DNA of 60,636 nt, counting the filler, from Sphacelaria rigidula (Eukaryota), in the NCBI GenBank assembly GCA_964200075.2. It is 5 parts of 5 records of this genome, joined end to end, with 100 filler letters (N's around TTAATTAATTAA, not from the genome) between each part and the next. Parts side by side here need not be neighbours in the genome. Positions count along the whole stretch, not along the records: positions 48,592 to 60,636 come from CAXNAA020004199.1; 4 more parts are not named here. One strand, written 5' to 3'. Under the pieces are notes generated by a model that had not been told where the DNA came from, ran no database searches, and was given only the letters and a program-made list of their open reading frames with translations. The position numbers were made by a program, and so were the translations under genes. Below, piece after piece: positions 48,592 through 60,636 of this stretch (within the stretch, counting starts at the first letter, position 1; every line of letters begins with the position of its first letter).

Positions 48592-48737
48592 GCGTCGAGG
48601 TTGTGCGTGGCATGGGACCTGCCACCCACCGAAGGGGCCGCGCCGGGGGGAGGGAGAGTAGGGGGGGGGGGGGGGGGGGGGGATATCTAAGGGGTCTGGC
48701 GGACATGAACAACAAAATGAAACATTTGCTCAGGTAC

Positions 48738-50449
48738 CTGGACCAGGTTGAGGGAGAGGAGCACGAGACGGCATGTCGAGCGCCGCTGAGCCAGCCGCCC
48801 GGCACAAGTCTGCACCGGTTCGTACAGCAGCGCCAGGGCAGGCTCGTGGAAACCCTCTAGAAACGCAGCGGCTTTGATGAACCTGACGTGGAAAACAACA
48901 TTAATAATACAGGCACATTCTGACACTAAGGCAGACAAAAGTAGTCTCGTGCAGCGGTTTTGATTAACCTCACCGCAACAACTGAATCTGACAGTAGTAA
49001 GGAAACATTCGTACACGCCGGAACGGACGAGTCTAGCACATTACACCCGTAGGGCTCTGGCCACAATAGCGCACATCCACCTGTGCTTATCTGGTGCCGA
49101 AACAAAAGTTACCGCACATGAACGACCGTGCCACCGCACCCACCGCTGGCGCGACTCAGCTGCAACCGACATCATCTTCGCCGTGGCGAGACGGCAATAC
49201 GTTGTGTGTACCCGAATCGCTGCAGCCCGGCATACGCTATTACTACAAATATTAAGTGTACGTCAAGCGAACGTCGTACATTCCGCGTGTCAGTACATTT
49301 ATTTGACACACAGACAATGACTGGTTGAAACAGCAAACATTTTACCGAAATAACGGAAGTGCTCCCAAACAACATAGCGAAACAAAAACTACAAAACTAC
49401 TCACGCTTACCCCTCCACTCCCGCAGCCTCAAGATCAACGGTGAACGGCCTCGACACCGTCCAATGCGCCCCAGGCACCCGCGATCCTCCGTTTGCCAAT
49501 CCCGACCCGCCGTTCTCTTTGTCGCCTACAGCCTTTCCATCCCCTGGCCTTCCACTCGCGCCATATGAAATATCGTCGACGGCGAGCGTCGGAGATTCAC
49601 GGCCATCCAGCGTCCCGCTGCTGCTCCTAACAGGGCCTGCAGTGGGATTAGACCCGGAGCTCGTACGAGAGCCATTGGATGATTGCGATGATCTCTTACT
49701 ACTGTCATTGACGGATTTCCGGCCCTGCCGCCGCCCATCAGCACACCCTCTCCCAGCTCCCCCCCACGCATCCCCGCCCCTGCCATCATCGCCCATCGGA
49801 GATAAATCTCGTTGCCATGCACCGTCTGCTCTTCCACTGCCCTCTCTCTCGGCGGCAGCAGTATCGCCCTGCCGCCGCCATTTTCTCCTCTGGTTTTCCA
49901 GCGCGCGCTCGCGGGCGTCTTCGCTCAGGAACACTGATCGCGGCACGTGTCGGAGGGTTGGGACAACTACTAGTTGGGAGCCGCCTAGGACAGCAGCGAG
50001 GCATCGACCCGCGGGGTCGAAAGCGGAGATGGTCGGCGGACGGTCTTTGAGGGCCGAGGCTAGGCTGTAACCGGGTTCCACTCCTCCCGAGCCAGGTCCG
50101 ATGGCATCTGGCCATTTGTTTTGTTGCCGTGCGGCGGAAAAGTGGAGATTTCGGAGGTTGGGGATGACGAAGGGGGGTAAGCTTGTGTTGGCACGGTGAG
50201 CATAAGCATTGATGGGCTATCCTAACGGTCTACACCGCCGTGCTTTAATTAAACCTCCTTTATACCATGTTTTTGAGCATGGATAGAGCCAGCAACATTC
50301 CGCCACCTGTGTAGCTGCTCCGCATTACCTCTACAAAAACCATGATGACCAAAGAACGGGATAGAACCAGTGAGCGTGAACACGACTATGCACACGCTGT
50401 GCCACGCCACGGAGGATCACAAATGTAAAGTACACACACATACACACAC

Positions 50450-50494
<45 letters not shown>

Positions 50495-51069
50495 TCAACA
50501 CCTGCGTCGAAGTTATGGATGGAGAGAGTGGCCAAGCGGCCAAGCCCGGCGTCGTACGCCACCAGTGCCATCTGGGAGGTGCCAAAGCACACCACGAGAA
50601 TATCCTGCGGCGGTAGCTGATTTTCACTATCTGGGACACCATTATCCGCTCCCGATTTGCCATTCGTGCTTCCTTGTAATGCGTCGTTATTAGTGGATGC
50701 CGGAATGCTAGCGCTCGCGATCGGCACGACTGAGAGCGCTGTTACGTTTCCGGCCAGCGGGAACGAGCCGGCCAGCTCTAGGAAGAAGGTGCTTGATTCA
50801 TCGCCCTCTTTATCGTCACCTTCGTCCTTGTCGGCTGTGCTACCCGAGCCTTTTAGCTGCGAAGTTGTTGCATCGCTGCTGTTATCCTCGCTGTTGCCGT
50901 TGCTGTGCGAGTCTTGCTGGCGGTGCACTTTGTATAGCTCCAGTATGGAGGCTTTGGCCACGACAAGATCCCGCGATCCAGGGGACGTTACGCTGCCGAA
51001 CACTGCGTGGTCGACGCCGGTGGGCGGATGCAGCTGCCTGTAGCACGTGTAGATGGCTGTGGATGTCAT
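48738..51069 (-). CDS. CPSF1: Cleavage and polyadenylation specificity factor subunit 1 (CPSF160), 5' part (exons 51069-50502, 50107-49411, 48882-48738)
   Basis: YTCYRQLHPPTGV..DLVVAKASILELY, LELAGSFPLAGNV, LATLSIHNFD, DPAGRC, FLEGFHEPALALLYEPVQTCAGRL..LSLN. Phases 1 and 2 match across the introns. Confidence 0.92.
50449..50499. repeat. (CAA)n microsatellite
   Basis: CAA run immediately inside the first CPSF160 intron donor. Confidence 0.95.
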
Positions 51070-53651
51070 TGCCTGCCTATTCCTGCTTTCGTTCGTCAAC
51101 CTCCTTCAGCGTATCGCGCTTCCACGTACGGTGTCTTGTTGTTACGCGTTGTGCCGCCGATAGGCTCCGTTTCCCCACTGCCGTAACCACGTGCGGTGAT
51201 GGGCGTCCGTAATCACTGACCCGTTTGGCTGCCCAGCTGGAGCGTTGTTTATTGTTGCTTCTTTATATTTTTGCACCTGATAACATTTTCATTTGTCGCG
51301 GACTGCAGCCACCCTTGCTATTTCAGTCGACGTTGCCAGAGACGGGATCACTTTGCGTGCACCGCTCCACTAGTGCACTGATTTACAACGGTGCTGCTGT
51401 AATTCAGGAGATATGACAGTCCCGCCGTGTCCCTAACAGCTTACAGCGTCGACCTTCTCATGTTTGACTGGCAACACACCCAGCAGAGCAGTAGCAGCAG
51501 CAGCGACTGCCACCGACTAGCGAGAGAGACAGAGAGAGACTGAGAGAGAAGTTGCAACAGGTAGGCTTCAGCAGATTGTCAGGGCGCCGCGACTGTAATG
51601 TGTACTGTTGTTTGTGCTGGGTGTAATTTGTACATTCCTCACATGCGGTTTAAATCGGGATACGCACCGCCCAACCTGTAGTCATTATCCATCATCCGTG
51701 TACTATCCAGATCGGTTTTGCGTACATTTCCCTTTATTCCATTTAGCGCCTGCCACCTAGAGCATATCCTTGTACAACACGATAAATTCATCGTGCTCGA
51801 GAGAGAGTGAAAATTGATAAAAAGAAACTTGCAAGTAGGAACATATAATCTTGGCATGCATATAATGCGCGCATATTTTTCACGCAATGTGAGATAATCG
51901 ATGAATCGATCAACTGGACTGTTTTTTTGCCGTGGTCACCGCAGAGCCTGAGTGCCAGGGGCAATGTGACAAAGAAAAAGAACAATTTCAGTCAAGCCAC
52001 AACTGCCGCCGCAAGTCAAGTCGAGGGCTCCCTTTCCTGGGAGCTGGTGGGCTAGTGGCTGTTTCTCGGGGGTGAGTTTCTGTAGAAATATGATCTCTTT
52101 GACATCTTTGTGTCTCTGAATTTCAGCGTATAGCTTGGTATAGTCAATCCCGTTTGTATTAGTATGTTGCGCTGGTAGTGTTTCTGTGGCCGCTTTGACC
52201 CTCTGCCGTCAGGAACGCACCGAGGTCTGCTCTTGTTCCCAGGACCGCACGGTACAAACAGTTGGTAGGTTGGATCTAATGTACGTTCACTGTGAGTTAG
52301 GCATCAGCTCTCGAGGTCCTCGTTTCGTTCCGCTGGAGGTTTGACACGTATCGCTGGACGTGACATGTCTGATTTGTACTCTGGATTGCTTACCCCAGCA
52401 CACGGTACATGTACCGTACGAGTAGCTTGTTTTGAATATCGCCAAATATCGCGCTCTTTTTTCGTCTGAGCTGCGGAGTGTCTGGCGAGCTAGCCCGCGC
52501 TCCGCGTGCATCTACGCGTTGTCGCTGTTACGTCAAGTTTTAATGCCACGTATCTCCCCGAGGGCTAAGTGCTTATAGTCATGTATTTCGCATGCAGACC
52601 GTGCAGGCCGAGCTCGCAATCTCAGAGTCGGCTCACGATTCTAATTGATTTGCGCGTGATGGGCCAGCGCCTCTCAGAAGAGTTGTGTTTGGTGTCGGTA
52701 GGATCAGTGCATGTTTGAACTGCGAGCTGGGCCAGCCAAGAGTAGGCGCGAACCTCGTTCAGGCGACGCACGGCGAGATGTTAGGAGTTGGACCCTGAAA
52801 TTTTGACAGCAGCTTTTTATGATCGAAATGCAGAAGATCACGTGAGGGGCAAGGAAAAAAATAAAAACAAGGAAGTTATGGGGATTCGAAATTTCAGAAA
52901 AAAATAGATACTGCCATAAATCCAGGAAAAAAAAGAGAATCTGCAGCTGGACTCGTGAAGTATCAGTTCCTTGGGTGCAGAAGGTCTTCCTAAAATTTCA
53001 GCTCAAGACTCGTCGAATTGTCGAATTGGGCCGTGCGTTCGATATTTTCCTTGACGCTGCTGCACCCCACCAATACCCAGTGCAGGGTGATTGCTGACGT
53101 GAACCCGCCGCATTAAAAAAAATAACGCACTCCGACACGCTATCGCTCAACGATACCAGACCCACCCTGTACTCTATGCAGTACAAAAACGTCATCGGCA
53201 ATACGACGCCAATCGAAGAGCGACGCAGTCCTTTGTCATCAGGTGGGTCAGCAGCTCATAGTGATATGCTTATATCGGGTTCATTCGGGGAACCGGGGAA
53301 GCTGTGGTGCGAGCAACTTTTAGCAGCTTTTCCGCTGGCCCAGCTCGTACCGGACAACAACCGTAGTAGTGACCCTTTCCGCCCATAAGAAACGAAGTGA
53401 AAGGAAATCAGGCTGAGAATTCCAAAAAAAAAATACCCCCATGGACCCAAGCCATGAGGTAGATATGGAAATCCACTACATGAGTTCGATTCGTACGTAC
53501 CTTTAGCCAATTGCCGTCGGTGTACGGGCAAGAAATGGTGTAAGATATGAGTGTAAGATATGTTCGGGCGTCACTCAATATGCAGAAAAAATGGAATTTC
53601 AGAAGCTACCAAAATCCGGGGATGCAGGCTCAACATCCCCGGGTTTTGGAG

Positions 53652-53681
53652 TAACCCTAGCCCTAACCCTAACCCTAACCC
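53652..53681. repeat. Interstitial telomere-like (CCCTAA)n
   Basis: taaccctagccctaaccctaaccctaaccc. Confidence 0.75.
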
Positions 53682-54842
53682 ACATGGTGCACATGGTGGG
53701 TAATGTGAGGGAGCCAAGTGGTCGAGAAAAAAAAAATGCCAAAAATGCCAGTCCATTCCGTGCCTTGAATCCGCTGTATTTTTCATTTTTTCGAAAAGTC
53801 GTGCAGTAGGAATGTCTCACCGGAGCTTCGAAGCTAGGGTGGTGATTTCGGCCTGCTGCCGGTGACCTGCAAGCGTCGCTTCTTTTAGCTGATTGAAGAA
53901 ACGACTGAATCGGCAGTCCCGCATGAGCGTCTCGAATTTGGTGCAAATGAAGATTGGAAAAAGTCGAGAAAATGGCGGAGATATGCGATGAGATTTCCAA
54001 ATCGACCTTGTAACTTGGATCAGACGGCGTATGAAAGTGTTGAAGCCTATAGCCTCTGCCAGACGATCTGGACAACGGGGCTATCCACGAGGGACTCCTC
54101 CAGTAGCACTGGCCTCGTGCTCGACAAGTCCATTCTTCTCAGTTGTTATTATCACGGAGTGATCCTCAACATACCACATCAAGAGCCAGACAGCAAGGAG
54201 CCACACAGATGAGGGTAATCAATCCAGGATCCCCTGTCCTCTGCGACTGCTCCAATCATGCATGTGATTATACTGAAACCTACGGCTTGGTATCATTTGG
54301 CTACAAGCCTCAACGACGAGCACTACACTAAGTCCAACACAGATACCCTTTGCATCGGAGAAGAAACTCAGACTGCGCCTGATTTCCAGTCTCTTATGAG
54401 TGGGCCGCTACTTTATCGGCATATTAGTAGCCTACTCGCAAATGAGCAGACGATATTTTTATAATTTTTGCAAGGAAAAATGTGGATAGGCCCTTGGGCG
54501 CCACGCGAGTGCCGCAGGCACGAGCCACGGGGGCTTCAGCTCGAGCAAAAGCGTCTTCCCTCCGGCTTGTGGGGGGATCTCGTTTGAAGCACCGACAAAA
54601 AAATTAGGGGCCGATTTGGGTTCTCCTCTCTTGAAAACAGGCCCAGGATGGTCTTGCAGCAAGCCATTCAAACATTCGTGAATTAGCTGGACCGGCTCAT
54701 GAGTCATGAAGACAAGCACAAAGAACACAAGACTTCATGATGGTGCTTTGGCAAAGATTTAACGTCTGGCCGAACCAAGAAATTCGTTCAGGGCTCGGGG
54801 CGATCGGTTAGTTTCGTTTCGGACAGTAGTTATCGCCCCGCC

Positions 54843-54938
54843 TCAGTGACCTACATTAAAATGGTGAACCGATACCACTAGGGCGGGAGAAAGCGCGGGT
54901 TCGATCCCCGCCAGATGCGCCTGATTTGGCTTTTTTTT
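54843..54938 (+). other. Degenerate tRNA-like/SINE-like fragment
   Basis: T-arm-like gcgggttcgatccccgc followed by a T-run. No complete cloverleaf. Confidence 0.35.
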
Positions 54939-55339
54939 CAGAAATATCTGATATCCGCGGTTGGAAGCATGGGGACGTGAGTAGCAAAAAGGGTCTGTTC
55001 GGCTGAGTTTGTGAGAATACTGGTCATGATCCAATGGGCGATACCAAAATGTAAGGCGTGTACCTTGGGAGAGATAGTTTGTTCCCTAGAGAGTACGGGC
55101 TCGTCCCGAGGAAAAGGGAGAACGAAAACAAGAGCGTCGATACGCACGATGTATCAGCTGGCTAGGTCTGCACCTAGTACATCGTATCGCACCACCGTTC
55201 ACACTGACAACCAACCATAGCTCGCCCTCTCGTCTTTGATGGGTGGGGGACCCGTTGTTGTAGGGGAGGAGAGGGGGGGGGTGGTGAAGAATTATCTTGG
55301 GACCTAATTTTGCTGACATCCGCGGGCCACAGGTGAAGC

Positions 55340-57744
55340 ATGCCGAACAACAAGAAGAACAGATCGAAGGAGAAGAAACAAGCTCGGTTCGCCGCCCGGA
55401 CAGGAGATGTTCCGCCCTCGGTGCAAGAAGCGGAAGGCCGTATCAAGGCCGCGAATGCCACCAAGGATCTGTCTGTAGGTCTTGAGCCGTTTCTCGCGAT
55501 CGATCTGCCCGCACCAAAGAGCGTCACCGGTGAGGGACTGGATCACGTTGTTGTGTTTGAGGGATATGGGATGGGTGGGTGGCGGCGGGGGTGGGTGGTA
55601 CGTTTTCTTTTGACCGCGGGTAGCAACAGAGTGCTCTGCGCAACCGTCACCCTGGTTCCAACCATGACGACTCTACATATCTACCCCATGGCATGTTGAT
55701 ACGGGGAGAAGAAGTTTCACACTAGCTATGACAGCGGATACTCGTGTTTGGTTTATCCTTTGCCGCTTAAGTACACCACTTGACATGCTCTGCGAATTCT
55801 ACCGCGGGGAATGTCGATGCGAAGAATGAGAATGTATCAACAGCTATGATAACGGCTTACGCCTGTCAGGTATTCGTTATCCTTTTCGTATACCACTTTC
55901 AATGTACTTCCTCAAGAAAATGGCGTTGCATTTCCACAGTCGAGTTTTGTCAGTGGCGGAGCACGTGTGAGGGTGCGGTACCTCATTACACCCGCTTGAT
56001 GCTCACCGGCGTGTATGCTGAAATTAACCCACGACGTGAGAAGGTCGACCGCGGACAATCCCGGCTCGAATACTCCCCCTCTCTCCACGGCGATAACTAG
56101 ACCTCACAAAACGCCACTGCTGGCACCGCCGCCTCCTCTGCCTCCCCTTCCTCCGCCTCTGCAGGAGCAGCGACGCCCGAGCCGGTCCGCCTGAAAATTC
56201 GCGCCCCGGACACCCTGGAGAAGGGAGAAACAAAGGCCATGTATGACCTTCTGAGGAATAACATGCGCGAACTGTACATGAAGGCCGGTTGGGGCTGGAA
56301 TGCCGGTGAAAAATATCGGGAGATGGAGCACCGAGATGCTCGCTTCCTGATTGCTGAATGTAACGGAGTCGGCGGCGGCGGCAATGAAATCGTAGATAGT
56401 GACACGCGAGGGGGTGAAAGCGTATCGTCGACAGACGGAACAAAACGCGAGGGCTTGACGGCAGTCGGCGAATCCAAGGAGGCGGAGGGCGGGGGCCAGG
56501 GTGAGGCACGATTGGCGGGGTACTGCCACTTTCGGTTTGCGTGGGATGCCGACGAGAATGACGACGGCGAGGGTGTCGGCGGGAAGGAGGACGTGCTGTA
56601 TGTGTACGAGATCCAGGTGGCTCCGTGGGCGACGCGGCGAGGTCTCGGGCGGCGGATGATGCAAGCGCTAGAGGTGAGGGCGCGATGGCTTATCGGCGGG
56701 GAGGGCGGAGCAGTAGACGGAGTTGGGGTAGAGAGGAGAAGGAAGGTCCCGTCCTCTCAGATTTGTTTCGTTTGTTTCGGATTGTTGCGTGCGTTTTCAC
56801 TTCCAGAGTGTGCTGATTGATCACCGCAATTGATGTGTTGGGAATGTTGGGAAGGTTCTGTGGGTGTATATTTGCTTCCGCGTCCTCATGCTCTTGGTAT
56901 CCTTTTCATGTATGTGTGTTGAATGCCGTCTTGTTTCTTCTCCTCCCGCCGTACAGCTGCTGGCGAATCGACACTTCATGACGAAGGTCATGCTTACGGT
57001 CTTCAAGGAAAACGAACAGGCGATGTCCTTTTACACCACGAAGTGAGCGTTTCTGTGGTGTGGTCTTGGCCGGATTTCGCATTATTTTCAACCCGGTTGA
57101 CCCATTGTCGTGTGCCAAACCCAAAGAGCCCAACTGTGTTAGGTCGGCAGTCACGCCAATGAGTCTCGCAGTATGAAATTGGCGGTGGACCACACAAGCG
57201 ATGTGTACTCGTGGTGGGTCTCGAAGTGTTGTGCTCAGTTCCACTGAACCTTGCTTAGGCCGGCCATTTCTATTTTTTTTTGTTCTTGTCTTCGATTTTT
57301 AGTTTTTGTTTCTCGTTCTACTCTGTTTGTCATTATACCTTTTCTGTTCCGTTTTCCTTCACATTTTCTCAGCAAGGGTCTCGATTTTGTTTTGGAGTGT
57401 CTCGATTTTGTTTTGCCTCGGGTACGTCTATTTTATGACCACGGCTGGACCCCTGAGGGATCATCCAAGGTGCACCGATAAATAATGAAGTCAAACTGCT
57501 CTTCGTGTACCCAGCGTGCGTTTCTATAACCTGTGTGTGTGTTTGCCCATGTCACATAACGATTTACTGAGCTGTTTTATTTTGCTTTTGTAACGTGTCG
57601 TTTTTACCCCGCTCACGCAGGATGCGCTATTGCGTGGATAAAGACTCGCCATCGAACTGGGATCAGCCTGATGAGGTGTACGAGATCCTCAGCAAACCCA
57701 CACGGCACGGCTTGGCCAGGGCAAGACCTCAAACCACCTTGTAG
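55340..57744 (+). CDS. NAA40: N-alpha-acetyltransferase 40 (NatD; histone H4/H2A N-terminal acetyltransferase) (exons 55340-55529, 56165-56673, 56957-57042, 57621-57744)
   Basis: NMRELY..GWGW..K..EM....ARFLI, YCHFRF, VLYVYEIQV....RRGLG, KVMLTVFKEN..AM.FY, DSPS, YEILSK. Intron phases 1, 0 and 2 are consistent. Confidence 0.93.
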
Positions 57745-58422
57745 CAGCAGCTGATCTCGGCGTGATATTGTGCCCGAGATTCATGCCGATTGATTATATC
57801 ATTGATCGATCCATCGTTATCCTTCACCGTGTTTTTTTGTGTTTTGATGCGTCTTCATATTGCGGTTAATCTTGGGATAGACGCACTGCATGTCGTCGAA
57901 CACTCTAGACGCGACCGTTCTCCTCCTTCATGTATGTTTTCGTGTTTTTATGTGTTTTCGTATGCGCTGAATCTTGGTCATGAGATAGGCGCATTGTATG
58001 TCATCGAGCAGTCTAGACCCGTGTGAAGAGGGGCGTATTCAGCGTCCGCCCTTTCTGAGTGTATTGCGAAGGGCCGTGTGTGTGATTTGCCACAGAACTA
58101 CTGTACACATGGCCATGTAGCGTGGAATAAAATAGTTTTATTTCATATACCAGAAAGGGTTTCGTGATCTGTGCGCATGTCTTGTACGAAGTATTAAACT
58201 CCCTGTGATCGGCAAATACGGTCGATCTGGATATTCCGCAATATACGGTCGACTTGAAGTTCAGTAGGGCTGTAAAAATGTTACCTTTTGCATCATCTAT
58301 TTCCCAATATGTCCTGACAGGGAGACGTTTGAGGAAGTCCCCTGAAACAGGAAGTGATTATTTTCCATCCCCTCCCCTCCCCTGAAAGTATGTATTGTAC
58401 CCTGATATCGATCTTGTGGAGG

Positions 58423-58632
58423 TTTCAAGGGCAGGTCGAATAGGGCATACCCGATATTGTAATATTTTGAAAAGTGGAGATCCGAACCACGCACAGCAAC
58501 AGCCAACCCAGTGCTGCCGTTCCCCTCTTTGAGGCCCATACAAGTCAATGTGACTGACTTGGGCAGGTGATGTGCGAGCTTTCAGCAGCCCACAATATCG
58601 GGTATACCCCCCTTATCTGACCTGCCCTTGGA
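58423..58632. repeat. Inverted repeat / small MITE-like element
   Basis: caagggcaggtcgaatagggcatacccgatattgt pairs with acaatatcgggtatacccccttatctgacctgcccttg. Confidence 0.7.
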
Positions 58633-59370
58633 AGGTTTGGTTTGGTCGGTGGGGAAAGTAAGGTGTCGTCTTTTTCGCGTACGGACTCGTTTTTTTTCGT
58701 TTGTGCGTGGTGATCTTGGCTGCCTTAGCTACCTTTCGAATCACCCTTTCGAGGCCTTTGATTTTTACCATTCGCGTTGACCGGAGGCAAAGCTACAAGG
58801 TGGCTAAAAGTGAAACCTTTGATGCGAAGAAGTAGCGGGAAAAAAAACTAAATTGAAGGGGAAAAAAATAGTTGTTTTGGGAGAAAAAACAAGGTGTTTT
58901 CGGCGGAAATCGAACTCACAGTTCAATAATCATTACAAGTGTTCACCACTTACTGTGCAAATTGTCCAAATCGACGTTATGTTGCTGATCGGAGGTAATA
59001 TTATATTACGGTAGGTAACCGTTTGTGCACTGCTGTTGAGAAGAAACGCGTGCGTTCTGGCTCTCCAGCCGCTTTCCGAGGAAAGCATGTCCACCACGTC
59101 GGGCAGTGATTGAGCGGCACCAATCCACGCGATAACCCCGTGTCGAGAGCAATGACGATTGCGTTGCCGACCGCTTGGTCCTTTTTTGACGTCATCGTAT
59201 TTGAAGCAGCATATACATGAGTCCCGTACGCCATGCTCAGAGCACACGGGGGCTGGTCACTGGTACGTAATAATCAGGGCTGTCCTCGACTATACAAGTT
59301 TCAGAAAATGGCTGCACGGGTAAGAATCTGGATTTTTGTGGCATCACTGCGGTACATACTGTGCAGTACT

Positions 59371-59814
59371 AACACGGGATCTTACGATTTGGGGATGGAT
59401 CTTTTATTGGGGATGAGAAACCCGGAGAAATAAGATCTTCGTATCCACACCAAATCTTCGAAATATGGTTCCATCTGTTCACCTACTGATTACTTCTGAC
59501 GACTACTGTACGTCATACGAATATGGATCTCGATGACCGGAATGTTGGGGTCCTAGATGAAAAACCAAGTTTGGGAAATTTTGGGTGTCCGAACGGACGC
59601 TGAAATGGTTCCGAAATTGGTTTTTCACCTTGGACCGCAGCATTTCTGTGACGGAAATCTAAATTTCTACGGCGTGTAGCAGTTGTCGATAGCTATCAGT
59701 AGGTGAGGAAATGGAGCCATATTGAGAAGATTTGATGTGAATACGAAGATTTCATTTCACCGGGTTCCTCATCCACAATAAAAGATCCATCCACAATTCG
59801 TAAGATCTCGTGTT
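59371..59814. mobile_element. Foldback element with ~150-bp inverted arms
   Basis: aacacgggatcttacgatttggggatggatcttttatt...tcacctactga... is mirrored by ...tcagtaggtga...aataaaagatccatccacaattcgtaagatctcgtgtt. Confidence 0.8.
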
Positions 59815-60549
59815 CACTGGTGAAGTGCGGTACGGTAACCGTTGGTTTTGTATTTCGGCGATTTCGTTCGGAATATGGAAAGTGACATGGTCCTCCGGTA
59901 ATGCAGCGAGTTGCGGTACGGGGCCAAATGACTACGGTATCTACCGCGGGAAAACGAGAATATTGCGCTCGTCAGTCATCAGAGGAAAGGTTGGTACACT
60001 ACCGCGGTCAGCGCAGTTTCTCTGCTTGCCATACTGTACGTATAACCGTTCGTTTACCGTAATGCCTCCATGTACGACAACGTTTCGTGAGATTAAGAGT
60101 AGAGCGGTGATTGAGAGTGCTTTTGATCATTAGCTTTAACTTGGACATTTTTTCATTCCGTGTGTGCTTTTCTTCGCCTCCATCACTAGCGTGTGCTTGC
60201 AACTACATCTCGATATCCTACTCGGGGACACAAGAGCCTCAGTGGCAAGCTGCTACAGGAAGCATATCGTGCCTCGTGGCGAGGCATTTCGGAACTGAAA
60301 CGATTTATTCACTAATTGGACGTTTTTCACTGTCAATCTAACAAAATCATTGTTGTACGCGCTGTAAACCAACCAATCCGATTGATATCAACCTGATGAC
60401 CCGTTATCACGCGGGGACAGAGAGCAGGCGCGGTACGACTGACGACTCTACTGTATGCCGATACTCCCAAAGTTGAGTATTTTCTCCATCATAGCGTGTA
60501 TGTCCAAGTACGCGTGTTATACCAGTGGGACAACGAAACAACACTAGAA

Positions 60550-60601
<52 letters not shown>

Positions 60602-60636
60602 CCGACCCCGCCCCCAGCCCACGCCCCCCCCCGAAC

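Noticed and set aside
49441-50070. 209-aa plus-strand ORF
   Set aside because: Antisense shadow of CPSF160 exon 2.
56024-56664. Several minus-strand ORFs
   Set aside because: Antisense shadows of the GC-rich NAA40 exon 2.
60550-60636. Long poly-C tract at the window end
   Set aside because: Homopolymer at a contig break; such G/C runs are common throughout and their length is unreliable.

Overview
Eukaryotic genomic DNA, most consistent with a brown alga (Phaeophyceae): about 50% GC by eye, intron-rich genes with long repeat-filled introns, a tRNA-derived SINE, interstitial TTAGGG motifs and phaeovirus-like ORFs. The window is not contiguous. Five contigs of 12,045-12,048 bp, in descending length order, are joined by 100-bp N-TTAATTAATTAA-N linkers, so neighbourhoods across linkers carry no meaning. 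Contig 1 (1-12048): exons of a U-box E3 ligase gene, plus a SINE, a MITE and foldback repeats. Contig 2 (12149-24196): a partial large gene (low-complexity region, a beta-rich domain, then the start of a probable kinase), a 4-exon TruA pseudouridine synthase and an intronless transglutaminase-like gene. Contig 3 (24297-36344): six exons of a P2B Ca2+-ATPase, including a GC-AG intron and a 6.6-kb intron carrying a deleted hAT transposon with three TIR copies. Contig 4 (36445-48491): a decaying phaeovirus-like endogenous viral region (paralogous hypothetical ORFs, PD-(D/E)XK and CoiA-like nucleases) enclosing a spliced coiled-coil + SET-domain pseudogene. Contig 5 (48592-60636): 5' exons of CPSF160, a complete NAA40 gene and foldback elements. 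All family calls come from manual motif recognition; no searches were run.
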